Of a DNA stretch of 20,000 nt, positions 1 to 12,693 are shown piece by piece. This DNA is from Euglena gracilis (taxonomy: Eukaryota), in NCBI GenBank assembly GCA_039621445.1, contig CP154954.1, positions 14,856,236-14,876,235 of the forward strand. Direction: 5' to 3'. How positions within the stretch are numbered: position 1 is the stretch's first letter; each line of letters opens with the position of its first letter. The notes below the pieces were generated by a model. That model saw only the letters and a list, made by a program, of their open reading frames with translations. It did not search any database and had not been told where the DNA came from. A program made the position numbers and the translations under genes.

Positions 1-1283
1 CATTAACAGCTTTGGAGCAACATTTCTGCCTCATTGTGCAACTTGTGTAACCCCCCCAAAAAAGCACCAGGAAAATTCAGTGGGAATGTGCCCTGTGTCC
101 ACAAGCCCCCCCATGGATGAGTAATTCGTTTTTGGCCCAAACCCTTTGGGGGGTCAGCAAAAAACAACAACATTGAAATGACCCGGGAAATTTTTGGTGT
201 TTTTTGATTGTGATCAATTTGGATTTAGAGTATTTAGGTCCAGAGTGACCAACCCCCCGGGCCTGGGGGGATTATTGACTGGTTTCTTTTTTTAAAAAAG
301 ATGACCGACTCGTCGTGGAAAGAGTCGAAGTAACAATGCCAGGGCCTTTCTTAGGTGACGTAACTTGCATTTAAGGAATTTGCCGGTGTGTGCGAATTCT
401 CACAACGTTTTTCAAAAATCAACCACTGCATCTGGGGAAACAAATATCTGCTTGTTTCACGCCTCTCGATACTGATAATGTATATTGCAAAAATTGGTGC
501 CCCCACTCAGAGGTGGGGGGGGGGGGGGGGGGGGGGGGGTGAATCCAATAATAATTTCCTTGTTTCTGTGTGCATTTTTCGCTGTGAAATGTGCTTTCTA
601 TATCGGGGAACTGTTTGGGTAAAAAAAAACGGGAAAAATTCTTTGCACAAAAGGGTATGAAAGTGGCATTTTGAGTTTTATTTGAGGGGAGCGGGGGAAG
701 GGAAGATCCAGGGGTGGGCAGCCCCTCCCCCGGGTAAAGCCAAAAAAATTCACATTTTAGAACCATTTTTCAGGGGGGAAAACATCGAAGAATGTGAAGT
801 TTTTGAAAAGGGGGGATTAGTGGGGGGCAGGGGGAGAGGGGAGGTGCAGCCCCCTCCCCCCCTCAGCCAAAAAATCACTTTTGCCATTTTCAAAACAAAT
901 GGCACCCACGCGCGCGTCAGTGGGGGGTGGGGAGGGGTGAGGGAACGATGGGGGGGGGTAGGGTGGGCGGGTATGCGGGTGGTGTGGGGGGGGATGTGGG
1001 GGCAAATTGCTCGTGGGGACACTAATTTTTGCAGTATTTCCGTTTTACATCACGGAGGTATCTGCGCAATACGGGCGGAGCGGCAGATTCGCGTCTTTGT
1101 CTGTGAAACGGGTGGATTGTACACGCCGGCTGTGCGGATGTTGTAATTGCAGGTTGTCAGGTGCTGCACACAGGTTTCATGACGATGGTTTCATATGATT
1201 TGGACGATGTGATGTGCAGCTAGAGTATATTATGATTGCGACATGAAAAACACACCTCCGAAATATTGTATGTTAAAATTTGG

Positions 1284-1450
1284 GCACATCGACCATTTGT
1301 GTGTTTTTGCAAGTAAAAAGTACACAAGTGGTCGATGTGTGCAAATGCAAACATCGACCATTTGGCAAAAATATTCAGGTAGTCGGTGTGTGCAAATGCA
1401 CGAACTGACCATTTTGCACAGATCCACAAATGGTTGGCGTATGCAAATAT
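1284..1450. repeat. Alternating direct/inverted repeats of CATCGACCATTTG / TGGTCGATGTGTGCAAATGCA
   Basis: Hairpin 1285-1302 with 1322-1339, plus further degenerate copies to ~1450. Confidence 0.7.
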
Positions 1451-2986
1451 GCACGTGTTCAGTGTACCGCAATCCATCTCTTCAGCTGAAGTTGTGGAAA
1501 AGATCTTTTTTTTTGCCTCATAAAAAGTTAAAAGCTGCCTTTTTTTGTTTTCAGCTGGTCAAATTGTTTAAGGTTTGTGAATGGGAACAGTGTGCAATGT
1601 GCGACGAAGAACGGTTGCAAACGTCCCTCTGTTTTTTTTTTGCATTTTGACGGTTTATGTAAACCGACATGAAAACGATTGGAGGTAGGAGATAAGACAT
1701 TCATTGCCCATGGAGCGGAGGCAATCGTTTTGTCACAGAACGTGACCTACCGAACAGGATGCACTGCCAGAGACCGGAATTTCTTCCCCGTGTAATCATT
1801 CAGCATCCACAATGGTTGTTCTCCAAAAAAAAAAACAAGTTCCAGAATTCAAAGTGTGCATCTATAATCTTCTGGTTACCTGGGTCTGGAGCCGGTTTCC
1901 CATTTTTTACACCGTGCTGTTTCAAATCAAATCTCAAATATCTGTATCCAAACACCACCTTTTTGTTGCTCTTGTGGCTACATTTGTGATGATGCCAGTT
2001 TTCTATGGACCTGAAGCATGTCCCCCCCCCCAATTCTGATTACCCGGTCGTAGAGGATAACGTACCAGCCTCGGTGGTGGTTGTTGACAGCCTGGTGGCT
2101 GCCAGAACGCCATAACCTGCAATCATGTAATGTGACGGCTGCGGCCAAACGAAATCAATGGGACGAACGGCAGGGGCTTTTGAGGATTAACCATCGACCC
2201 ATTGGCGCGGGTGAGCGTGAGGCGCGACGTGCTCTTGGTTAACCGCATACCAGAGGTCTTTGTCTCCATTTTCACCTGGCCCCTGAAACACCTCCTTGTA
2301 GAGCAGAGGATGTGGCAGCTGGACTCGTGCAAACCCGAAGATACCAATGCCGGTGGTGGTTGGGGCGGCATACGATGTGGTCTGTTTGAAGAAACACATC
2401 CCCATTATGGACCATTTCCCCTGCGGCCTGCACACAACTTGACAAACACCCCAGACACGCCCTCTTTCCCTCTCCTAAACCCCCCATCATTTTTAAATAA
2501 GATGTTTATCACCCCTGATCCCACTATGGGTATGAAAACCGAATTGCACAAAAAAAAGATTTTTTCCCGTTTTCATCCCCAAACAAAATAACAAAATAAA
2601 TTATTTCACCCCCACACCCCCCCCCCCAATGCTCCTTCAGAAAGAAAGTTGTTTTTACCCCACAACCCGTGAGGGAAAATTATTTGTGGGGGTGTTGAAG
2701 ACGTATTTTTGGGATCATTTTTTTCATTATCGTTCGCGACAATTAATTTTCCGTTACATTTTTTGATGAATAAAATACAATTCTACTGCAGCTCAATTGG
2801 CAGAGTGTCTATTTTGTGTGATTTTCAGATTACATGAGGCACCTGGCTCCTCACTCGAGCCTCCTCGAGCCTCCTTCAGGAGACCTCCTCGGCCGGGTTC
2901 CATTTTTTTTTGGAGACCCCAAGGCAGGAAAAAACAAAAATGTCTGTCAAAATTCCGAGGAGAAGCGGAGAGAAAAACCGGGTGTT

Positions 2987-2988
2987 GG

Positions 2989-3023
<35 letters not shown>

Positions 3024-3060
3024 TGTGTGTGTGTGTGCGTGTGTGTGTGTGTGTGTGTGT
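2987..3060. repeat. (TG)n microsatellite
   Basis: Direct reading; shorter tracts at 3263-3288 and 13142-13160. Confidence 0.97.
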
Positions 3061-5320
3061 TCCAAGCCTGCCGTGCATGCCGGGGATTTTGTGCCATCCA
3101 GAAATAAAAAACAGCTCGAAAAAAAAACAAGAAATCGGTCAAAGCAGGATTGACAGCCCCCAAAGAAGAGAATTCGCTTGGATCTGTCACACTCGTACTC
3201 CCCATCGATCCAAGTCCGCGGAGTCCTGGAAGTGCTGTCGAAGAAATCAAATTCCAGAAGTTTGTGTGCGTGTGTGTGTGTGTGTGTGTTTGCCCACACC
3301 AACCAAAAGAAGTCTATGTGCGAGTTACACCAGCCCACCACCCAAGTCAGTAAAAAATGTGTCGTCGTGGCATTTCAAGTCAGTTTGGCACCCCGCCACC
3401 CACCCACCCACTGCTGGAAAGGGCTGTTGTGTCCAATGTGGCTTTGGCCTTTAATCTTTGGCCTTTAATGGCCATTCCAGTGTCGGCCATTCCCATGTTC
3501 TCACTCCCACATCACAGCCATATAGCCACTGTGTGGGCCATGTTTGCCGCATTCTTTTTAGTTTACACCTCCTGCTACAAGTTCATATGTGCTGCTTCTC
3601 TTTTCCAGATATTTTCATTTTCATTCACCCTTTCTCAACTCACCCCATTCTCTTTTTGATTTCTGATTCTGATTCTTTATATATATTTTTTATTGAACTT
3701 GAACACCAGAAAAATGGACAACCTCAGTGAGATGTGAAGAAACCACGACTCTTTTTGGAAGGGTATTTGGAAGGGCAACTCACATACACACATCAAAAAT
3801 CTCTCTGAAATGATACGGATGAATCTGGGGTTGTTCCATTGGAACTGGTTGCTCCAGCATAGCAAGTGCGTTGCAAGTATGTTGCTGAGATAGACAGACA
3901 GGTAGGCACCCAAATAATGCGAAACACAAAGAATGAGAGGAAGGGGCAGGGTTGGAGTGTCTACCCAGGGATTTCGGGAACCTTCAAAACCCAATGTGTG
4001 ATGTGTGATGGGTGGTGTGTGGAGTGGTAGACCCCCCACCCCCCAGCCAGGCCATATTATTGGGACTGGCAGTGGGCTTGCCGGTTTTTAGATCGGAATT
4101 CCCACCAGTCTTCCCGTGCGCCCTTCCCCCCCCCCCTCTTAGGGGGCACCCACAAGACTCTTGGGGTCCCCTGCTGGAGGCGGGGTTTTGGCTATTTTTG
4201 GCACGAGGCACCGACTTTTTTTTACCCTCCAAATTACCTCCCAAAAGTGGGTCCCCAGACCTGTCTCTCCCCAGAGTGGCGGGGTGGTACCCCTTGGCTG
4301 GTACCCCTGGCTGGGGGCTGGGGGGGAACCGGGACCCCCCCCTGGTCTTTCAAGAAAAACCCTGATTTATATGCAAGAGAGAGAGGCAGATATTAGCGAT
4401 TCCGGAGAGGCAGATATTGGTTGTTATGTACATTGCATTACATTTTGTAATTCCATTTTTGTCATCCTCTGACACGAATCAACCAAATATTCCTAGGGCA
4501 TGTCATTTTGCAACTCACAGCTCCCAATTCTCCCAATATATAGTTTGCTTGTTATTCGGTTCTGAGTTAGGAACACAATATGATTTCGTCCATTTTCCAT
4601 CCTTGTCTGTTGCCTGTCAACAGAACCTTTATTTGTGCCGTTGCTGCTGCAGCAGGTCATTTTTTTTTTCCACTCAGTCCATCGCCGTGGAATACTGATG
4701 CAACTGAGTAATTGCGAAGTCCGCTGGGTGAGAGGGAGGGAGGAACGTTTGCCCTGCCCTGTTGTTGCCAGTCAGCCTTTGTCACAAACAGCCCAGACGC
4801 TGCAGAACGAGGGGGCCACACAGTAATGTTCACCTCACGTTTCCAAACAAAGGCCATCCTGAAGCAATAATTTCCCGGATTGTCGCTGTTTTTTAATTTG
4901 AAATTAACCCAAGCGAACCAGCGCCTCTTTTCACCGTTTTTATATGCATACCTCGCACACAAAAGTACATTCATAGAACACAGGAGCAGTCGACGTGGCG
5001 ATATTTGTGAATGTTGAAAGTTGATAATTGGACAAAGGTCCCCCCTGAAATTATAATACCAGAGATTTTCAATCCAGAGGAGAGTGGAGAAGAACGGAAG
5101 TCCAGATAACTCCGTGTACCACGGTGTTTATTTGATATATGTTCCAAGAATGAGACCGGTGAAATGGAGCAGGAGCACACCACGCTGCGGACCAGTTCCT
5201 TGGAGCCTTTTTGCTCCAAGGTTGTAGTAGAACCTCCCCCCTCGTGATAGCTGACCTTCAACCTCAGCCACAAGACAAGGAGCCTGGCTTCTGGTTCTGT
5301 AACATATGATTCATATATAA

Positions 5321-5398
5321 TGGGGATGCCCACCCCGCAGTGCCGGCACTGCGTGGCACTGCATGGCACCGCGTGGCACTGCGTGGCACTGCGGGCCG
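5321..5398 (+). repeat. 10-bp minisatellite (GTGGCACTGC)n with head TGGGGATGCCCACCC
   Basis: Direct reading; an inverted copy lies at 6197-6328. Confidence 0.85.
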
Positions 5399-5425
5399 TT
5401 TACAGGGAGGGGCAAAATATGCACC

Positions 5426-5555
5426 GTGCAGTTTTTGCAGTTTTTTGCAGTTTTCACATTTTGGGTTTTTTGCAGTTTTTTGCAGTTTTTTTGCAGTTTT
5501 TCTGAAAAAAAACTACACACGTGCAGTTTTTTGCAGTTTTTTTTGATTTCAGTTT
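5426..5555 (+). repeat. (TGCAGTTTTT)n degenerate minisatellite
   Basis: About eight TGCAG-T(n) units. Confidence 0.85.
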
Positions 5556-6196
5556 TGAGGAAACCTGAGGTGCTCATTTTTTGGTGCTCTGCGCCTTGTT
5601 ACGCTGTATATATTGTTTGAAGGGTGTTTCTCAAGAAAAAGTCTCTCTCAAGAAATCTCTTCATGAGTTGTGATGTGTACAGTAATCCCGCCAGTTGTCT
5701 TGATCCAACTGTTTGCGAGATTCGTGGAGACGCAAAGGAGCACGAGCTTTGCAGAAGATTGGGCCTTGTCCCAAGCATTTTGGCCAAATATCACACAAGC
5801 CAAATGCTTCAAAGAAGTCATCCTTATTTGCAAGAAATTCCCAGACCATTCGGCAATCCCCTAAAGACAGTATTCAAAGTTTGTGATGGTTGTTGTAGAT
5901 TTTTTTTTAGTTTCGTAGATTTTTCTGCATCGTGACATGGGTGAAGTTCACCAGGTGATGGACCAAATGTTCCAAAACTGAACATCCCATTCATGAATTA
6001 AAAGCATAGAAACTTTCTGCATATGGGTATGTGCATTTTATTATGTGAACCAGCATCCAAACCAAACACATGACGTGTGTTCGACATTTCTAGCCAGATG
6101 TGGCAAATTGGCCCAAAAAGGCAAAAAGTTGCACAAAACAACCACAATTGCCCTTGATGGCCCTAAAGTTCCAATGATGCAAAAACTAGTTTTAAG

Positions 6197-6328
6197 GGCC
6201 CGCAGTGCCACGCAGTGTGACGCAGTGCCACGCAGTGCCACGCAGTGCCCACGCAGTGCCACGCAGTGCCACACGCAGTGCCACACGCAGTGCCACGCAG
6301 TGCCGGCACTGCCGGGTGGGCATCCCCA
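6197..6328 (-). repeat. Inverted, longer copy of the 5321-5398 array, (GCAGTGCCAC)n
   Basis: Ends in CAGTGCCGGCACTGCCGGGTGGGCATCCCCA, the reverse complement of 5321-5351 with one mismatch. Confidence 0.85.
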
Positions 6329-7154
6329 AAGTCAATTTCCCACACAGGGGATTTCTTAAGGACCCCGGGGGGGTCCAGCCTCCGGCTGGAAAAAAGGCCG
6401 CTCACAGCCATTTTTGTGATTGTCATTCAGCCATTTGGCTATTTTTTTTTTACTTGGTTTAGTGTTTTGTGCATCTTTTTTTTTGGCTGCTTTGTTACTT
6501 CTGCCATTACTTTCTGGCTGATTCTGGCTGACTCGGTCATTTTTCAGTGACATTTTCCTTGTTGTTGGCATTTCTGAAGCGATATTACGATCAATCTTTC
6601 TGTTTTCATTGGTTGCAGCAATTTCTGGGTGGATCTCCCCAGTCGGCGCAGTCATTGTCAAATAATTACGGATAATTATGGATCGCAACAAATGGTGCCC
6701 CATGCTCTGATTGTTGTCTTATTGACCACCTCTCAATAGCGATGCGAGGCTTGCAGCTGTCATTCAGTCTCCGCCTAAGACCCCGTGACCTGGTTGCTGT
6801 TGCCGTGCCCACGCCTGACGTAAACACCCCATCTCCTCACCCGTGACCCATGACCCATATCTATTCACTCCGTACTTTGTTTGACGAGGTGTCTCTCGCA
6901 TTCCAAGCAGGGAGCCGCTTAAGCCGAAGGGCGCCTCATCCCCAGGCCCACCAAATTTCTAAACGTACAAAGTTGGCCCCCTAAGGTTGCCCCCCGCCTT
7001 TCCTTCAATCATGACGTGGTTCACATGTGTCGAAGTTGAAGTTTTCGCCGTTCCGGGTTCCCCACTTGTCTGTGGACCCCGGGGTATTAACCAGGTTTTG
7101 TGCAGTGCTGAGCCCCTGACGTTGCCATTGCTGCAGCAAATGTTTGAGGCTTGT

Positions 7155-7370
7155 GGCCAGGCCCAGCGGCCCGGCCCGGTCTGGTGGCACGGCCGGTAGC
7201 CCGGCCCGGCAGCCCACCGCTTTCCCGGCCTGGAAGCCCGGCGGCCGGCCCGTCCGGCAACCTGGCGGCCCGGCAGCCCGGCCCGGCCCGGAGGGCACCC
7301 CGGCAGCCTGGCCCGGCTGGCAACCCGGCGGCCGGACTGGCAGCCCGCGTGGCCTGGGTCCGGGAGGCCC
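7155..7370. repeat. Very GC-rich low-complexity (CCGG/GGCC/GGCAGC) repeat
   Basis: Reiterated CCCGGC, GGCCGG and GGCAGCCC motifs. Confidence 0.8.
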
Positions 7371-8835
7371 AAAAAGATTGTTTTGGGCAATTTTTTTTCG
7401 ATTCTTTTCGACATTTTGGACCCGGAGTTTTATTCGACTTTTTTGACCCGGAAATGACCCAAGGTGCTGGGAAGCTGGCGGGTCGAAAAGCGTTCATTTA
7501 CCCCTGGAAAACAGCTTTTTGGCCAATAAACATGGTTCTGGGCAAAAAAGAATTTTTCCGCTCGCTGCTTTTTTTTAAGCCCCGAAATGGCCGAAAACGA
7601 AGGAAGCCTGCCACGCTGTTTTGGGCCGTAAATTGTTCATATCTCGCGCTGGTGGGGATTTATGGGGAAGTCAAAATATCATTAGATAGAGCGTTCCAAG
7701 GGCTTCAATTTAGGTCTCCGGATATTTCCTTTGATTTTGCTTCATTTCCAAGATATTTTTGAAACCTCGATATTTCGGCCCCGAAAACAGCCTAAGATGG
7801 CCCCAGAAACAGGCAAAATTGGCCGGAAAATGGCTGTAATTTGGGCTGCACGAAGAGTTTGGGTTCAGTAAAACATTGTTGGATAGGGCATTCGAGGGCG
7901 TCATTTCTGGACTGTGGACATTTTCTTTTGTTTTTCTTGATGTATTTCGAAGGAAAATCGGTTTTTTTGACCGAAATTCGACCCCAAAAAAAAAACTCAG
8001 GCGGGACATCTCGCACTTGAGATTTTTTTCTTTGTTGATGTGCACAATTGCGCACATTGACATCTTTCAGACATCTTTTATGAAAATGACATGATATAAC
8101 CCCTAAAAACCGAAAATGTGAACAAGATGTGATGGGGTGCCTCAAAACGCGGAGGTGAAAACAGGGATTTTAGTCGAGAGGATGCCCAGGAGCAGGCATC
8201 ACTGTGCTCCCCAGGTGGAAATGGTCATTTTGTACTTTGCCTAGTTTTGTTCCATTAAAAAGTTCCAAGTATTGCAAAACGGGCAGTTTTGGCAGGTTTT
8301 GGGGGGGGGGGGTCAAATAAAAAAATTCCGGTGCTTCGAGCCGGTCACTTGTAACAAAACCACCACCAACCTGCAAGCGGACCCCCCTGGGCCCAAGCGA
8401 AATTTGGTTTCTGGTGGCTTGCAAAATGGCTAGCTAGTGGATCCAGCAGGGATAGATGGGAAGTCCTTCAGCTTTGAGTAGGTGGTGGGAGGGTCCAGAC
8501 CTTCCTGGGGGTGACGTGCCACCCCCCAGATGTTGGGAGGGAGTGGCCAGACCCCCACCCCCCATCCTTTGCTGGTTTCAAAAGTAGCGAAAAAATTTCC
8601 TCCGGTGCTGCGCCCAAAGACAGCCCAGCAAGACACGAGGGCCAGTTGGGGGAGATTGGGGGACCCGCACCTCGGACCTCCCAGGAGAGAGGGGTCCAGT
8701 TAGTAGCTTTTCCAGTGGCGATTTTGCAGACCGCCCGATTATTACAGTTCCTCATTTTTCATGACAAATCGTCCCATCATGCTGTTTTTTTTTTTGGTAT
8801 TGGCGTTCGATTCGCCGCCCCTGGTCCTGAACCTT

Positions 8836-9155
8836 TGCAATCTGACCAAGTTTTACAATAATCATTTTTTGTTCCGTCCTAGTTAGTTTGTATGTTATAG
8901 TAAGACAATATTTTCCTTCCCACCTCATTTGTTGCACTGCAACCACTTTGACGATGCCGTGTCTTTGCCTGTGGTGACAGAAGGTGCTTTATTTGCAGCT
9001 GTCTGTGCAGTGTCCACTGAACTGACCTGCAAGAGTGTGAAATTTGTTTGTTTTTTTTGCGTTTTTTTTTTGTTTGACTCCCTGTTTACATTTTGAGGCA
9101 CTTACCCCCCCCCCCCATGTGTTATGAACCCCTGTACAGGGTTCATAACCTTCCA
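8836..9155 (+). repeat. More diverged repeat, paralog of ~13260-13615
   Basis: Shared blocks such as TGCAATCTGACC, ACCTCATT.GTTGCACTGCA.CCACTTT, TTTGCCTGTGGT, CTGTGCAGTGTC.ACTGAACTG and CTTACCCCCCC..ATGTGT.ATGAACCCC. Confidence 0.8.
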
Positions 9156-10298
9156 GTTTGTCAGCTTTCACAGCATAGAAAAAGCCCATACACCCGCGCT
9201 CAAAGAATTTACCTAATTCGGACTCTCCAGATTTCAATTTGGTGTCTAATCAGGTTGGGGGGGGAAATACATGAAATAAAAATTAACCTGCGTTTTATGG
9301 ATTCCAGACCATTTCACATTCCCTCATTGGAAAGTGGTCAACCAACGATGGTGGGTCATAAATTGTCACTGCGTGACAGGACAAGGTATCGGAATATTGG
9401 CACAGGGCTGGCCCCTTTCCAACCCATTTGGAACCATGCAACGTGCTGTAGCGTCCCCCAATGGCTGCATCATTCATCGAACATTATTATGCTCCTGCAA
9501 CTTTGTATTTTGGTGGGATTTCAAGACCCTCAAGGGGGGGCTTTACAGAATTTACATGTTTCGGGGGGGAAGTCAAGCTTATCTGGGTGACCTATGCAAG
9601 ATTTGCTGTGTATTCCTATTTTCCTCAATAATGTGCATTTTTCTGTCGGAAACGGACGTTCTCTGTTGAAATTCTTGTATCCACCCGAAATTTTTTCAAC
9701 TTTCTTCTGGAGGACTCCATTGAGGGGCTTCGTGTTTTTTTGGGGTATTTTGGGGGTTTTGCAATATTTTTGTGTACGACTTCCTGAATTTCTGGGACAA
9801 AGAGGGGGTTGGCTTTCAGAATTTGAAAGTAGCAAGTTTGACTGATTCAGCCTGCGTCCATCAACCAATCGCCCCGCTGACACCTAATTGTACAGCTTCC
9901 CACGCTTTCCCCTGCTTCGAGCCCAGGCTTCTGCAGTTGCGCTGAAATGCTAAATTGGTGTAAGGAGAATGGGGGGCAAGCGCCTGGGGGTGGTGGGGAG
10001 CTCCCCTCACCGTGTTCAAAAATTACGACATGTGCGCAGAATCGGCACATTACCCACGCCGGGGGGGGGGGGGCGCGCAAGCGCCGGGGTGAGTGGAATC
10101 CAGACCAAAGCTCGGTGTGCTTCGGAGAAAAGAACCGGAAGCCTTTTTTTTCGCAGAAGTCTCTCCGCGTTCCTTTGGGAGTCGCTCCATGGAAGCCGTG
10201 CGGCAAGCTTGCCACCATTGAGGTGTTGAAGTGGCGCAAGTCGAGCCCCGCTTCATCTTGCAGCCCCGAAGCTGGTTGTTGCTGGCCCAGGGTGAGGT
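9147..10298 (+). repeat. ~1.15-kb dispersed direct repeat, copy 1
   Basis: Near-identical to 14124-15276 from AACCTTCCAGTTTGTCAGC to GGCCCAGGGTGAGGT; the ORF track gives the same peptides for both copies. Confidence 0.95.
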
Positions 10299-11705
10299 CC
10301 CCTGGGCCCAAGAAAACGTTTGGTGGTGCTTTGCCAATTATTTGGCACAATGCAATCACCCTCGCCTACGCACCCAATGACCAACCTACCTCTCTGCATT
10401 TGAGCTTCGAAATGGTAACCGATACCGCTGACGTTATTGTTTCCTTCGGGGGGCACACCTCTTGCAATCTGAAGTGTGCCACTGGCTGAATGACTCTCCT
10501 TCCCAGCCTGCCATAGGGTGGACTCTGGCCTGAATCGCCCCTGACCGCCTTTAATTTTACCTCCCTGAACCATCAAATGTGCTGATGAGCTACCGCAGGT
10601 AGGAGGTTTCGCAGGCGAATTTCCGTGATTCCAGCAATGATTGCTTTGTTCTTGTTCCAATTATCGGGAAGTCGTTAGCTGAATATGAAACAAACATTTC
10701 CGCCTGGCCATGCAAAAGATAACAAGCAAAAGAGCGATATAAAAAAAAATTCAGTAATTCAAACAGAGCCGCCATGGATGCCTTTCAAACCGACGGGGAA
10801 AATGAAAATGTGTGTGAGTATTAAGTGTTTTCTTGAGGAACCCAAAGTCCGCCTGCCAAGGTGCTGGCTGGACCCCCTTTTTCAGCTAAAAAGGTAATAA
10901 CACCCGCCCTCAAAACACCCGCTCTTCACCGACTTTTTTATATACCAAATTTCATTTATTTGCATCCAAAACAGATCCCCCAGCCCACCTTCGCCCTGGG
11001 ACCTCTCCCCCCCTCTCCCCCCCCCCCCCCCCCGTCACCCTCACTCTCCGCCTGTTTTTTGATTGCATTTGCATTTGGATCTTTTGTTTCCCACCTGAGT
11101 TGGTCTGAAATGTATGCTTATCTTTCCTTCTCCTCCGTCCGCCATGGGGCCCACACAGTCAGACGCCCCCCAGTCTAGTGCGGTGCCCCGAGGCGCCGTC
11201 CCCTCACTCGCCACCGCACGTGTGCCGCATTCTGCCTCGGTCGCCTCCATTCCCAGGGTGGGATGGGCAGCTGGTTTGCCCAGGCGTGGGGATGCCATTT
11301 TCCAGAAAGGGACCATGGAAGCTGAGGATGGGGGAGCACCGGAGCTCCCCCAGGTTTTCACCTCGCATTTTGCTTTTTGACACGAAGATCAGGCTGTATT
11401 GTCGGGTGACGACCCCACCCGGGGGGGCTGCCTGTCTGGGCACTCCAAGGCACCCCAAATCTGACCTGAGTTTTGAAGGCTTTTCCAAAGTTTCCAATGC
11501 CCCCCACCGGGATCTGTGAAAACTGTCGGGGCGCCAGCAAAACTTTGTTGTGTTTTCATTTTTTTAAATAAAAATGTTTAAGCCGTTCGCTTTTGGCATC
11601 CCATGCTTTGCTGGCGCTGCCGGCCCACCCTGGCGGTCTCTTCCTCCCGCCGTTGTGCCTCTGCTACTTGGCCGGGACGCTCCCCCCTCCGGTCTGCACC
11701 GCCAG

Positions 11706-11993
11706 CAAGCTCCTACAGTAAAAATGGCCGAAAATGAAAAAAAGTTTCTTTGGTGGATTCTGGTTGAAGTTGATCTACTCTCAGAAAAAAGAAGCCTATT
11801 CCCAAAACCTTGCATTTGCATATTGTAACAAAAACTCTTTGAATATTTTTAATTTCTTGGATGTGTTTACATGAATGATCAAATGCATTGTTGGCATGCA
11901 GGGATTTAAAGGTAACTTTACCCCCACCTATAGGAAAAAGTCGCCGAAAATGGCCGAAAATGGCAAAATTCTGGGGTCAACTGTAGGTGCTTG
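11706..11993. mobile_element. 288-bp insertion bounded by 14-bp imperfect inverted repeats (MITE-like or stem-loop-intron-like)
   Basis: CAAGCTCCTACAGT (11706-11719) and ACTGTAGGTGCTTG (11980-11993) are 13/14 complementary; the flanks are contiguous in the paralog at 19818-19829. Confidence 0.75.
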
Positions 11994-12612
11994 ACCTGAC
12001 TGCACCTCCAGCGTGCCGGGCCTTCCACGCGCGCTCAGCCACCGCGAGGTGCTGACTCTCAGGTGGCAAAAGGACCTTTCCTCCCCTGTGGAAAGCCACG
12101 CAGGACAAACAACAAGAAGTGGGTGGTTGGTGTGTGCAATTGCACACGTCAACCATTCAAATGTTCAGAAATGTTGATTGTTCCACAATTTCAGGACTGA
12201 AGAACTGCAATTTTATATTCAGTTCTTCAGGATGAAACCTGGAAATGTTGTGTATTTGTTGTTCCAGGGGCTAAGAAATGGTTTTTCACAGCTTCGATTG
12301 CCGTTGTTCAAATTTAGGCGTGCAGGCTGGTCCTTTATATGTATTTAAATTCTGCCTCTGAAATACCTCTGAATATGCATACATTTGTAACAATCACATA
12401 ACCATTTGTACAATGTACAAACTCATCATTTTTGGCTGGCGCATCCACTGTTCACAATTGCACAAACGGTTGGTGTGCATATTTGCGTTCACCAAATCGT
12501 TCAGTCAATATCCCAGGTTAATGAGACAACCATTGCAGGTTTATAAACACACCTGCTGGATGTTGGTGTACGTTTTGACTAAAAATATAGGAAAACGCGA
12601 TTTTTTGGGCCT

Positions 12613-12693
12613 TTTTCAAGTCCCAAAATTTTCCCGCACATTTTTTCCCCCAGGAGCATTTTTTCCCCCAGGAGAGAATCCAACCTCCCCCCT
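12613..12693 (+). repeat. Short repeat also present at ~14026-14107
   Basis: TTTTTCAAGTCCCAAAATTTTCCCGCACATTTTTT...CCCCAGGAGAGAATCCAACCTCCCCCCT at both sites. Confidence 0.85.

Noticed and set aside
2044-2382. Minus-strand exon-like island with AG/GT borders and an 'NHHRHWYL' motif faintly like Ulp1 proteases
   Set aside because: Stop codons in all three frames and no convincing family match; at most a decayed fragment.
2793-3468. ORFs with VC/HT dipeptide runs (and IY runs at 15307-15781)
   Set aside because: Translations of TG and TA microsatellites.
4971-6190. Coding-like patches (4971-5310, 5600-6190) as transposase remnants
   Set aside because: Only short ORFs; I recognise no DDE or other catalytic motif. 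TBLASTN or HMM searches would be needed.
6959-7762. Pro/Gly/Ala/Arg-rich ORFs up to 203 aa
   Set aside because: They arise from a stop-free GC-rich low-complexity tract that is open on both strands.
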